This document shows positions 20,461-28,557 of a stretch of DNA of 64,000 nt, piece by piece (the first letter of the stretch is position 1; each line of letters opens with the position of its first letter). The stretch spans positions 2,080 to 66,079 of the forward strand of contig CAIYOY010000383.1 of NCBI GenBank assembly GCA_903927905.1, in the 5' to 3' direction. A program made the position numbers and the translations under genes. Source of the stretch: an uncultured Verrucomicrobiales bacterium. GTDB taxonomy: Bacteria; Verrucomicrobiota; Verrucomicrobiia; Limisphaerales; Palsa-1400. The notes under the pieces were generated by a model. It searched no databases. It had not been told where the DNA came from and saw nothing but the letters and a program-made list of their open reading frames with translations.

Positions 20461-20847
20461 ATACGAGGCAAAATCATAGCGGCAAAATCATCTTCCGGGA
20501 AAAATTTTGAAATGGGTGCCGTTAGGTCGAGTCTGCTGTCGCTAGGTGTCGTTAGCTCGAGTTTGGCGTCGGTAAATGAAGGTTTTAACCCGGTTGTTTG
20601 AACGAAAGCGAGGCTGTGGCGCAGGGCGGCGAATGTTGAGGCCGGGGGTTTTGAATGCGATGATGGAGCAGGGCGGCACGCTCTCGTTGAGGGCGAGTGT
20701 GACGGTTTGTTCTTCATGTATGGCTGTAATTGGTCCATTGGGGGCAGTTTGGCAGAAAAACGGCGGGCTGTCGTGTACATGGTGGACACCATTCCCATAT
20801 TTCTCACTATTCTCTTAGCTCAGCGCGAATTCGGAAGGGAACCCGGT

Positions 20848-21380
20848 TCAACTCAAAAACTCAAGCTGTTTGCGAATGTCCGGTGAACAATTAAATTTTC
20901 CATTTCCGTCCCAAACCAACAAAACGCCTCGATCTTTGATCAAATAATCCTCCATCCAGCGGTTTTCTTTGGGTAATGGATTCTCGATCACCAATACAAG
21001 TTTGGCCTCTTTCACATTCTGGATGTAGCGATACTCGTAAAGTTGGGAAAGGCCGCGCCGAATTTGTGAGTGCGGATTATGTTCCGTCGTGGATTTCATC
21101 TCGAACAGGTAATCTGCACCATCCCAGCGGGCCGAAAGATCAACGTAACGGTTGGCCTTGGGAATGGCTCCACGTTGCCGCAAACGTTCGGCCATCAGAT
21201 TCACCAGGGATTCATGGCTGGTGGTGGCGCGCTCGCGTTTTGCCCGATCAACGTAATACGCAATGGCCTCCTGCTTGCTGGCAACTCGTTGGGCCTGCTC
21301 CTGGTATTCCTTCAAATCATAACGATGCGGGAAAATGGGTTCGTCGTCTGACTCGTAACGGACGAGCGGCACGACGAGGT
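20848..21380 (-). pseudogene. C-terminal PD-(D/E)xK nuclease domain, probably N-terminally truncated
   Basis: VDL...YLFEMKS...QIRRGLSQLYEYRY resembles a restriction-type nuclease active site. There is no convincing start and the 5' end overlaps the upstream ORF. Confidence 0.6.
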
Positions 21381-21637
21381 TTGCGAACCAGAGTAATTTC
21401 CTCTTTCCAGAATTCTTCTGCTTTTGTTTTAAATTGGACGCCAATCATCGGGTCGTCCGGATAGGTCTGTCCGCATCCGCATGGATACTCAAACCAAACA
21501 ACTTTTCCCTGCTTTCTGAGAAAACGAGCGTTTGCTGTATCATCAGCAAGAAGAACCACTTTCACGATGTCACCAATTTTAAAGGGAGCACCAACAACAT
21601 CATGGTGGATACCGTGAGTTGACCGGATATTTTTCAT
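21317..21637 (-). CDS. CarS-like (SH3-fold antirepressor-like) small protein
   Basis: HDVVGAPFKIGDIVKVV...RFL...GKVV...YPDDPMIGV...FWKEEITL matches my recollection of Myxococcus CarS. Its ATG overlaps the upstream stop (TGATG). Confidence 0.65.
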   Translation of the reverse strand: MKNIRSTHGIHHDVVGAPFKIGDIVKVVLLADDTANARFLRKQGKVVWFEYPCGCGQTYPDDPMIGVQFKTKAEEFWKEEITLVRKPRRAARPLRVRRRTHFPASL

Positions 21638-22353
21638 CACCCGGCCCATGCTTGATGAAGCGCAGTCGCTTCAAATTCTTTCGTATGCATCTCGGAAACC
21701 AACTCGTAACTTGTGAATCGAGTTCGTGTTACTATCGTTGAGAATGACGGGTGAGTAATCTTGGAAGCAAACTCTTGCTTACGGGGCGCGGGAGATACGA
21801 TGCGAAAGGTAGAGTGGAAGCCGCTGAGCAAAACAAACTTTAGGAAAGCGCTGTGCATATCCGTCGTGTTTTCAACTTCGATAAACTCAGTCGGCATTTT
21901 TCGGTCGTCAAACCAGATGACATCTACTGCGGAGGCCCTACGAACCACATCCTCGTATGTGAACGGGTAAATATCGTCCACAGTTACCATGTCGCCGAGC
22001 TTCTTGCCGAGAAAGGTCCTTCCACGATCTTGTTTTGGGACAAACGTTTTTTGCTTTTTCAAATTTCCAAGTTCGACAAGTAAACCTTGGTAATAACTAT
22101 GATCGCTCTCCGGCTTCGGTTTTGATCTTAGATCAGCAGGCAACTTGTCCTTGGCTTCCAGCAAAGCCCACAATCCGGGGCGTATTTTGAAAAAGAACTT
22201 TGAATTTTGAACAATGCGATTGATGGATTTGAACGGTGTTTTCGTTCCCCACTCCACGCCAGAAATTTTTAAGGCTTCCTTGTAAAGATGACCGAGCGTT
22301 GCATAACCGCCATTTGCTTTCATTGCTTCGACGACTGCTTCGCGTTGGTTCAT
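21637..22353 (-). CDS. N-terminal (winged) HTH plus PD-(D/E)xK restriction-endonuclease-like protein
   Basis: NGGYATLGHLY...KTPFKSINRIVQ...RPGLWAL HTH. Nuclease motifs HSYYQGLLVELG and VDVIWF...FIEVENTTD. Lies downstream of a dam remnant and is AT-richer than the host. Confidence 0.7.
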   Translation of the reverse strand: MNQREAVVEAMKANGGYATLGHLYKEALKISGVEWGTKTPFKSINRIVQNSKFFFKIRPGLWALLEAKDKLPADLRSKPKPESDHSYYQGLLVELGNLKKQKTFVPKQDRGRTFLGKKLGDMVTVDDIYPFTYEDVVRRASAVDVIWFDDRKMPTEFIEVENTTDMHSAFLKFVLLSGFHSTFRIVSPAPRKQEFASKITHPSFSTIVTRTRFTSYELVSEMHTKEFEATALHQAWAG

Positions 22354-22407
22354 AACAGAGAGATTGCCGGTTTTTTAATTATTGTCATGCAGTTTTTCTG
22401 CGTGGAG

Positions 22408-22803
22408 TCAACATAAACTAGAAACATAAACTAGAAACGGGCGCAAATCCGGGAAGCGGTGTTTCAGGTGAAAGAACACGGCCCCGCCGCCGATAAATGG
22501 CTCCATGTAACGGTAAATTTCATGCGGGAAGAATTCTTCAAGCTGGCGCAGGAGGCTGGCTTTGCCGCCCACCCATTTCAGGAAAGGCTGGGCTTCAATG
22601 CGCTTCGGCACGATAAAAGGCATGGCGAGTTGTTCTTCTTTGAGCAGCGAGCCGTTGGTTCCTGTCTTCTTGATTGGGCGGGATAATGGGTCGGGGAATT
22701 TGCGGTGGATGACGTAGCGCGCCTTAGGATCGGATCTCTGATCCAGCCGCTTCTTTAAAGCGGCTTTTTTCCCTTTCGGAATACGCCGCGACTTCTCAGA
22801 CAT
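22408..22803 (-). pseudogene. dam: Truncated Dam-family DNA adenine methyltransferase
   Basis: QPFLKWVGGKASLL and YMEPFIGGGAVFF (SAM-binding motifs), then a stop about 20 aa later. No DPPY catalytic motif. Confidence 0.85.
22410..22435. repeat. Perfect 13-bp tandem duplication at the dam truncation point
   Basis: AACATAAACTAGA occurs twice in tandem. Confidence 0.8.
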
Positions 22804-22954
22804 TCACCATGGATCCATCCCGATCCGAGGCCAAGGATCAAGGAATTTTTACCATTTTCGATAGTTTTGAGATTTGGCTCCAAAAACTTCCGTGAGGTCT
22901 TCAATGAACTACTGTCGAAATAAGACAGGTTTAATTATCAATGGCCCGATAAAC

Positions 22955-22984
22955 CACCCCGGCTCGCGAGTACGACTCGCCCAC
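22955..22984. repeat. REP-like element, copy 1 (left of the MNT-HEPN pair)
   Basis: CACCCCGGCTCGCGAGTACGACTC is identical over 24 bp to 23758-23781 and contains the hairpin GAGT-ACG-ACTC. Confidence 0.75.
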
Positions 22985-23058
22985 GAATTTGTTTCAGATT
23001 TCGTGCTTTAAGTTTCCCCATTGCCAAGGCGGTCGCGGCCCGTTAAATTCTTCCCAGC

Positions 23059-23385
23059 ATGATTCAACGGCGCGACATCAAAAAATGGTGCGATACAGTG
23101 GCCCGGGAATTTCAACCCGACCGCATCATTCTTTTTGGCTCTTACGCCGCCGGCCAGCCGACGGAAGATTCGGACGTTGATCTTCTGATCATCATGCCTT
23201 TGGGCCGGGGGCGGCGCGATGTCCGGCAGGCGGCCGCCATCCGGGACCGCGTTCGCGCACCGTTCCCGATGGATCTCATTGTCCGTTCCCCAAGGCAAAT
23301 CGCGCGGCGATTGTCCGGGCAAGATGGGTTTATCACCGGAATCATGGAGGACGGGCGGTTGATGTATGAAAGCAAGCACGCGTGA
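23059..23385 (+). CDS. Minimal nucleotidyltransferase (MNT) antitoxin
   Basis: IILFGSYAAGQPTEDSDVDLLII (GSx10DxD) in 108 aa; overlaps the HEPN gene. Confidence 0.88.
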   Translation: MIQRRDIKKWCDTVAREFQPDRIILFGSYAAGQPTEDSDVDLLIIMPLGRGRRDVRQAAAIRDRVRAPFPMDLIVRSPRQIARRLSGQDGFITGIMEDGRLMYESKHA

Positions 23386-23749
23386 ATGGGTGGCCAAGGC
23401 GGAGGAAGATTTCCTCGCCGCCAGCGCGCTGAATCGGCGGCGCAATAAACCGCTCTGGACCATCGTTTGTTTTCACGTTCAACAAGCGACGGAAAAATAT
23501 CTCAAAGCCCGGCTGGAAGAAGCGGGTTTGCCCGTTCCAAAAACTCATGATCTTCTGTCGCTTCTGACGGTCGTCGCCCCGGTGGAACCGTTATGGTCGG
23601 CCTATACGAGTTCATTCAACCTGCTGGTCAGTTATGCCGTGCAGGCGCGTTATCCCGGCAATTCAGCGACCAAATCCGATGCCCAACATGCGATCAAACT
23701 TTGCCGCCAGTTCCGTAAAGAAGCCCGCCGCACGTTGGGATTGAGTTGA
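23366..23749 (+). CDS. HEPN-domain toxin
   Basis: WVAKAEED, CFHVQQATEKYLKA, PKTHDLLSL and YAVQARYP. Confidence 0.88.
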   Translation: MKASTREWVAKAEEDFLAASALNRRRNKPLWTIVCFHVQQATEKYLKARLEEAGLPVPKTHDLLSLLTVVAPVEPLWSAYTSSFNLLVSYAVQARYPGNSATKSDAQHAIKLCRQFRKEARRTLGLS

Positions 23750-23757
23750 TTTTCATA

Positions 23758-23789
23758 CACCCCGGCTCGCGAGTACGACTCACCCCACC
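23758..23789. repeat. REP-like element, copy 2 (right of the MNT-HEPN pair)
   Basis: Direct repeat of 22955-22978. Confidence 0.75.
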
Positions 23790-23873
23790 GTTAATCTCTG
23801 TCCATCCGTGGTTAACAACCGTCAACCTTAAATTTTAAACTTTGAACTTCCTCGCGCCCGGGCGTATTCTGTC

Positions 23874-24116
23874 GTGGATATGAAGCCAATCGTTAATCTG
23901 GAAGAATCCCCCGGCAAAACGGTGGGGCGGAACACCAGCCGTCCCGGGGATTATGAACGATTGGCCAAAACCAGTCAGGCCATGATGCCGCGCCTGCCCT
24001 TTCCCAAAGGCGTCTTTCGATTCCGCACCCACGAAGAAGCTGACGCATGGACGGACCAACACATCCTGACCGCGGCGCTGGAGAAAGCCCGCGCCCACCA
24101 GAAAAAAACGACTTAA
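23874..24116 (+). CDS. Small hypothetical protein, putative partner of the downstream nucleotidyltransferase
   Basis: 80 aa with PKGVFRFRTHEEADAW; overlaps the next gene by 70 nt. Confidence 0.6.
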   Translation: MDMKPIVNLEESPGKTVGRNTSRPGDYERLAKTSQAMMPRLPFPKGVFRFRTHEEADAWTDQHILTAALEKARAHQKKTT

Positions 24117-24619
24117 GCCGCCTCTGCGCCGAACTAAACCGCTGCAACGCGCGTTATCTCGTGGTGGGCGGATTCGCCATCATCGAAGCCGGTTTTCCGC
24201 GCTTTACCGGAGACATTGATCTGCTGGTGGACACCTCCCCGGAAAATGAGCAGCGGATTTTTGCCGCATTGCGCACCCTGCCGGACAAGGCGGTGGATCA
24301 ACTCAATCCCGGTGATATCGAACGTTACACTGTGGTCCGCGTCGGTGATGAAATCGTGGTGGACCTGATGAAAAGCGGTTGCGGAGTGGATTATGCCGAC
24401 GGCATTCGCGATGCCATCTGGCGTGAAATCGAGGGGGTCCGGATTCCGTTTGCATCGCCGCAAACCTTGTGGCGCATGAAACAGACCCCACGGGAAAAAG
24501 ACATTCCTGACCGGCAATTTCTTCGCCAGCTATTGGCTGCCCAGGGAGCCGACGTATCCGAAGCAGACCAGCCCAAAACCATTGGCCAATGGTTGCGAAA
24601 TATCTTCGGAAAGAAATAG
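24047..24619 (+). CDS. Nucleotidyltransferase (DUF6036/AbiEii-like)
   Basis: YLVVGGFA...PRFTGDIDLLV and MKQTPREKDIPD. Confidence 0.78.
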   Translation: MDGPTHPDRGAGESPRPPEKNDLSRLCAELNRCNARYLVVGGFAIIEAGFPRFTGDIDLLVDTSPENEQRIFAALRTLPDKAVDQLNPGDIERYTVVRVGDEIVVDLMKSGCGVDYADGIRDAIWREIEGVRIPFASPQTLWRMKQTPREKDIPDRQFLRQLLAAQGADVSEADQPKTIGQWLRNIFGKK

Positions 24620-24651
24620 GGCAACTCCGAGCTCCCGACTCTACACGTCCT

Positions 24652-26094
24652 TCACTTTCCAATACAAAACTGACTGAAGATCGAATCCAACAAATCTTCC
24701 GTGGTGGTTTTTCCGACGATTTCACCCACCGCATTGACGGCGATGCGGAGGTCAACGGCGGCGAGGTCGAGGCTGATATTTTGGCGCAAGGCGGTGGCGG
24801 TGCGTTCGACGCCGATGCGCGCGCGGTTCAAGGCTTCTTGATGGCGGGCGTTGATCATCACTTGCAACATCTCGGAATGGATTTCTCCGGCCCAGACCAA
24901 TTGTTTGATGGCGTCTTTCAGATCTTCCAAGCCTTTGCCGGTCAGGCAGCAGAGGCGTATGGTGGCGGGAGTGGCTTTTTGACTAAAATCCTCACCTCTC
25001 CCCGGCCCTCTCCCCTCCATCGGATGGAGCGGAGAGGGAGAAGATGTTAAGGCCGGCAATGTCAGACGAGTGGGCAGATCGGTTTTATTTTGGACGAGGA
25101 TGCGTTTTTTGGCGGAAAATTCGGCGAGAAGCTTTTCGTCGGAAGCGGAAAGGGGTTCGGAACCATCCAGCACATGCAAAATGAGTTCGGCGGCATCAAG
25201 GCTTTGGCGGCTGCGGCGGATGCCTTCGATCTCGATTTCATCGGCTGAATCGCGCAGGCCAGCGGTGTCTATGAAAACGATGGGCAACCCTCGGATGTTG
25301 GCCGTTTCCTCGATGGTATCGCGCGTGGTGCCGGGAATGGGCGAAACGATGGCGCGATCGCGACCGAGTAATTGATTCAGGAGGCTGGATTTGCCCACGT
25401 TGGGTCTGCCGACAATCGCCGCGCGGATGCCTCGGCGCAAAATTTGGCCTTCATTGGCCGTGCGCAGCAATTCCGCCATGAATTTTTCCGCTGCGCGCAA
25501 TTTTTCGATCAACTTGTCTTTGGTGTCCGGCGCGATGTCTTCATCGGGAAAATCTATGTGCGCTTCGACGTGCGCGAGGACTTTAATCAGGTCATCGCGC
25601 AAAAGATTGATGCGTTGAGAAAGTTTGCCGGCGAGTTGCTCGTTGGCGGCGGCGAGGGCGAGTTCGGTGCGGGAATGGATCAGGTCGGCCACGGCTTCTG
25701 CCTGGGTGAGATCAATCCGGCCATTGAGAAAAGCGCGGCGGGTAAATTCGCCGGGTTGGGCCAGGCGTGCGCCGTTTTCCAAAAGCGTTTCCAAAACCAT
25801 CTTGGCCGGGAGCAATCCACCGTGACAGGCGATCTCCACCACATCCTCACGGGTAAAAGTGCGCGGGGCGCGCATGACACTGAGCAGCACTTCATCCACC
25901 ACTTGGCCGCGATGGATAATTTTCCCGAAATGAATGGTGTGGGTCGCGGCGGCGGTCGGCTTTTGTGAAAACTTACCAGCCGGTTGGAAACAAGCCTCAG
26001 CAATAGCAAGCGAGTGAGGTCCCGAAACACGCAGCACAGCCAGCCCACCTTCTCCCAAAGGGGTAGCGATAGCGGCGATAGTTTCGGTAAACAT
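24652..26094 (-). CDS. mnmE: tRNA modification GTPase MnmE
   Basis: TIAAIATP, CHGG, PGEFTRRAFLNGRIDL, GRPNVGKSSL, PGTTRD, DTAGLR, NKTD and terminal FCIGK. Start at ATG 26094. Confidence 0.97.
   Translation of the reverse strand: MFTETIAAIATPLGEGGLAVLRVSGPHSLAIAEACFQPAGKFSQKPTAAATHTIHFGKIIHRGQVVDEVLLSVMRAPRTFTREDVVEIACHGGLLPAKMVLETLLENGARLAQPGEFTRRAFLNGRIDLTQAEAVADLIHSRTELALAAANEQLAGKLSQRINLLRDDLIKVLAHVEAHIDFPDEDIAPDTKDKLIEKLRAAEKFMAELLRTANEGQILRRGIRAAIVGRPNVGKSSLLNQLLGRDRAIVSPIPGTTRDTIEETANIRGLPIVFIDTAGLRDSADEIEIEGIRRSRQSLDAAELILHVLDGSEPLSASDEKLLAEFSAKKRILVQNKTDLPTRLTLPALTSSPSPLHPMEGRGPGRGEDFSQKATPATIRLCCLTGKGLEDLKDAIKQLVWAGEIHSEMLQVMINARHQEALNRARIGVERTATALRQNISLDLAAVDLRIAVNAVGEIVGKTTTEDLLDSIFSQFCIGK
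24990..25041. repeat. Palindromic repeat element inserted in-frame in mnmE
   Basis: CCTCACCTCTCCCCGGCCCTCTCC...GGAGAGGGAGA; a related intergenic copy lies at 32910-32942. Confidence 0.75.
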
Positions 26095-26099
26095 ATTCA

Positions 26100-26275
26100 G
26101 TCGAAAGTCGAGGGTCGAGGGTCGAGAGCCGGAGAAGCAAGCTGCACGACGAAGGCCGAGAGTCGAGAGTCGAGAGCTAGAGACGGAAATGCCGTCCACT
26201 TTTCAAATCGAACGCTGTTTTTCATATTTTATTGAGCATTTCTGGCTCTCGACACTCGACCTTCGCCCCTCGACT
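26100..26275. repeat. 7-bp arrays (GTCGAGR)n in two direct blocks and one inverted block upstream of mnmE
   Basis: Direct blocks at 26100-26134 and 26155-26182; inverted block ctctcga cactcga ccttcgc ccctcga at 26246-26273. Confidence 0.75.
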
Positions 26276-26534
26276 ACTCCCGATGCCCGTGACAGTTTCC
26301 GGCGGCGTTTTCAGCATCGCGCCCTTCGAGCCAAAGGCGCGCTTTTTGATAACTTTTTTTGTGCAAATAATGGAGCAAATCAGGCGCGGTTTTGGGCGGG
26401 AGCTGTTTCGTCAGCTCTTCCAATCGGGTAAAAATCGGGAGCAAATTGGGCTTTGGATTGCTTGTAGCCATCTGCGCCACAGTGCTTTCCAACTCCAGCA
26501 AGGTCTTGAGAATGTCGTTTTCAGTTTGAGTCAT
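26274..26534 (-). CDS. Small helical hypothetical protein
   Basis: 86 aa amphipathic ORF (LLHYLHKKSYQKARLWLEG), co-oriented upstream of mnmE. Confidence 0.65.
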   Translation of the reverse strand: MTQTENDILKTLLELESTVAQMATSNPKPNLLPIFTRLEELTKQLPPKTAPDLLHYLHKKSYQKARLWLEGRDAENAAGNCHGHRE

Positions 26535-26693
26535 AGAATCATGCAAGGCTGTTGCCCCAATTGACGGCGTTTCTATCGCCCGCCAAGCAAATTAAAACAA
26601 GAAAAATCGCTTCATCAGCCAGAAAAGCGTGGCCAAATCTGCATTAACCCTGTAAAGTTACTCACTCTGAAGAAAATAGACAGAAAAGTAACA

Positions 26694-28523
26694 ATGGAAA
26701 AACTTTCCCAGACGGCTTCCTTTTTAGGAATCGAATGTGGGGGGACACGCAGTATTGCCCTTTTGGCTCCCGGCGGCGACCGGCCTTGTATTCGGGCGGA
26801 ATTTGGCCCGTGCAACCTCCGCTTGATCACCGATGATCAACTGGCAGAACACTTTACGAAGATCAGCGGTTTGCAAACCAAAGGCACCCCCAACCTCACC
26901 GGCATCGCCATTGGCATTGCTGGCGCCCGCACTGAAGCCGATCGCGCCCGCATCCGCGCCGCTGCCGCCAAAGTCTGGCCCAAGGTCCCGTGTTACGCCA
27001 CTAACGACCTCGAAACTGCTTTGGTCGCTGCCGAAAATAACGGTGAATCACAGCCAGCCGCCCGCATTTTGGTTCTTAGCGGCACCGGTTCTTGTTGCTT
27101 TGGCCGGACCAGTGCCAAGAAGACCCTCCGCTATGGCGGTTGGGGGCACCTTTTGGGCGATAAAGGCAGCGGTTACGAAATCGGTTTGCGCGGATTGAAA
27201 GCTTCGGTTCACTATTTGGATCGCGATGGCAAATGGTCCTTACTCGGCCAGCATCTATTGCACGCCCTGCTCTTGAACGATCCGAACGATTTCATTGATT
27301 GGGCCAAGAATGCCGATAAATCGGAAATCGCCGCTCTGGCGGTTCATGTTTTTGCCGCGGCGGCCAAGGGTGATAAAATTGCCAAAGATATTTTGGAAGC
27401 CGCTGCCGCCAGTTTGGCACAGGATGGCGCGGATTGCGCCAGCCGCCTGGTCAAACGCGGCGCGCCCGTGGAATTTATTTTGTCCGGCAGCGTGCTGCTG
27501 AAGCAACCGGGCTTCGCCAAGCAGGTGGGCAAGAAATTGGTCAAGCTTTGGCCGAACGCCACGGTCATTCCGTTGGAACGCGAAAGTATTTGGGGCGCGA
27601 TTGAATTGGCCCGCGAACATTTCGCCGGCAAAAAACAGTTGACACAACCGGAAGGGGTGGTTCTGCACCGTGGAGAAATCGACGCGGCCATTGTGCCTGT
27701 TTCCAAGGCTTTATCGCCGACCGAACAACGCAATCCCCGCTCGGCCAAACTCGATCGTCTGCCGCTGGCCAAAGCCATCCAGTTGATGATCGAGGAAGAC
27801 GCCAATATCCCGAAGGCTTTAAACAAGGAGAAGCGTCACATCGAACGGACTGTCGCCCTGATCGTCCACTCCTTCAAATGCGGTGGACGGCTGTTTTACA
27901 TCGGCGCCGGCACCAGCGGACGGCTCGGGGTTTTGGATGCGTCGGAATGTCCGCCCACTTTCCGGACGCCGCCCGACCGGGTGCAGGGCATCATCGCCGG
28001 CGGCCAGACCGCGCTGTGGCGCGCCGCCGAGGGCGCGGAAGACGATTCGTTGGCCGGAGCATCGGCGATTGATTATCGTGGTGTCAACAAACGCGATGTG
28101 GTCATCGGCATTGCCACCAGCGGACGGACACCTTATGTCTGGGGCGCATTGGCCGCCGCCAAGAAGCGTGGAGCCAAAACGGTTTTGCTTTGTTTTAATC
28201 CGCATCTCGATATTCCCGCCGCCAGCAAGCCTGACGTGGTCATCGCTCCTGATGTCGGCCCGGAAGTCCTGACCGGTTCAACCCGTCTCAAAGCCGGCAC
28301 CGCCACCAAACTGGTCTTGAACATCCTGACCACTGTTTCGATGGTGCGCATGGGCAAAGTCGTCAGCAACTTGATGGTGGATCTGAACGCCTCCAACAAG
28401 AAGCTGCGCGAACGCGCCATCCGCATTGTCCAAGCCATCACCGGAGCCAATGCCACCGCCGCGCACGCGGCCCTGGAAAAATCCAAGTGGATCGTCAAAA
28501 CGGCCTGTCAACGGTTGCGGTAA
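26694..28523 (+). CDS. murQ: BadF-type amino-sugar kinase fused to N-acetylmuramic acid 6-phosphate etherase
   Basis: N-terminal LGIECGGT, GTGS and GGWGHLLGDKGSGY. C-terminal GAGTSGRLGVLDASECPPTF and GPEVLTGSTRLKAGTATKLVLN. Confidence 0.9.
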   Translation: MEKLSQTASFLGIECGGTRSIALLAPGGDRPCIRAEFGPCNLRLITDDQLAEHFTKISGLQTKGTPNLTGIAIGIAGARTEADRARIRAAAAKVWPKVPCYATNDLETALVAAENNGESQPAARILVLSGTGSCCFGRTSAKKTLRYGGWGHLLGDKGSGYEIGLRGLKASVHYLDRDGKWSLLGQHLLHALLLNDPNDFIDWAKNADKSEIAALAVHVFAAAAKGDKIAKDILEAAAASLAQDGADCASRLVKRGAPVEFILSGSVLLKQPGFAKQVGKKLVKLWPNATVIPLERESIWGAIELAREHFAGKKQLTQPEGVVLHRGEIDAAIVPVSKALSPTEQRNPRSAKLDRLPLAKAIQLMIEEDANIPKALNKEKRHIERTVALIVHSFKCGGRLFYIGAGTSGRLGVLDASECPPTFRTPPDRVQGIIAGGQTALWRAAEGAEDDSLAGASAIDYRGVNKRDVVIGIATSGRTPYVWGALAAAKKRGAKTVLLCFNPHLDIPAASKPDVVIAPDVGPEVLTGSTRLKAGTATKLVLNILTTVSMVRMGKVVSNLMVDLNASNKKLRERAIRIVQAITGANATAAHAALEKSKWIVKTACQRLR

Positions 28524-28557
28524 AACTAATCGGCCTTGTCCGGTTGTTGCCGGGGGC

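Noticed and set aside
20518-20573. Imperfect 30-bp-period repeat containing GTTAGGT (attC-core-like)
   Set aside because: No complementary inverse core and no cassette structure; too weak to call.
20127-20807. 226-aa ORF upstream of topB
   Set aside because: No recognisable motifs, and it runs through 7-bp and 10-bp DNA repeats; probably a chance ORF.
22955-23789. Direct repeats as a CRISPR array or integron attC sites
   Set aside because: Only two copies 800 bp apart, no cas or intI gene, and no RYYYAAC/GTTRRRY ends.
20848-24619. Prophage or integrative element
   Set aside because: No integrase, phage genes, flanking tRNA or att repeats; treated as an accretion hotspot.
26095-26199. N-terminal extension of MnmE in the ORF track
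   Set aside because: It is the translation of the GTCGAG heptamer arrays; homology starts at ATG 26094.
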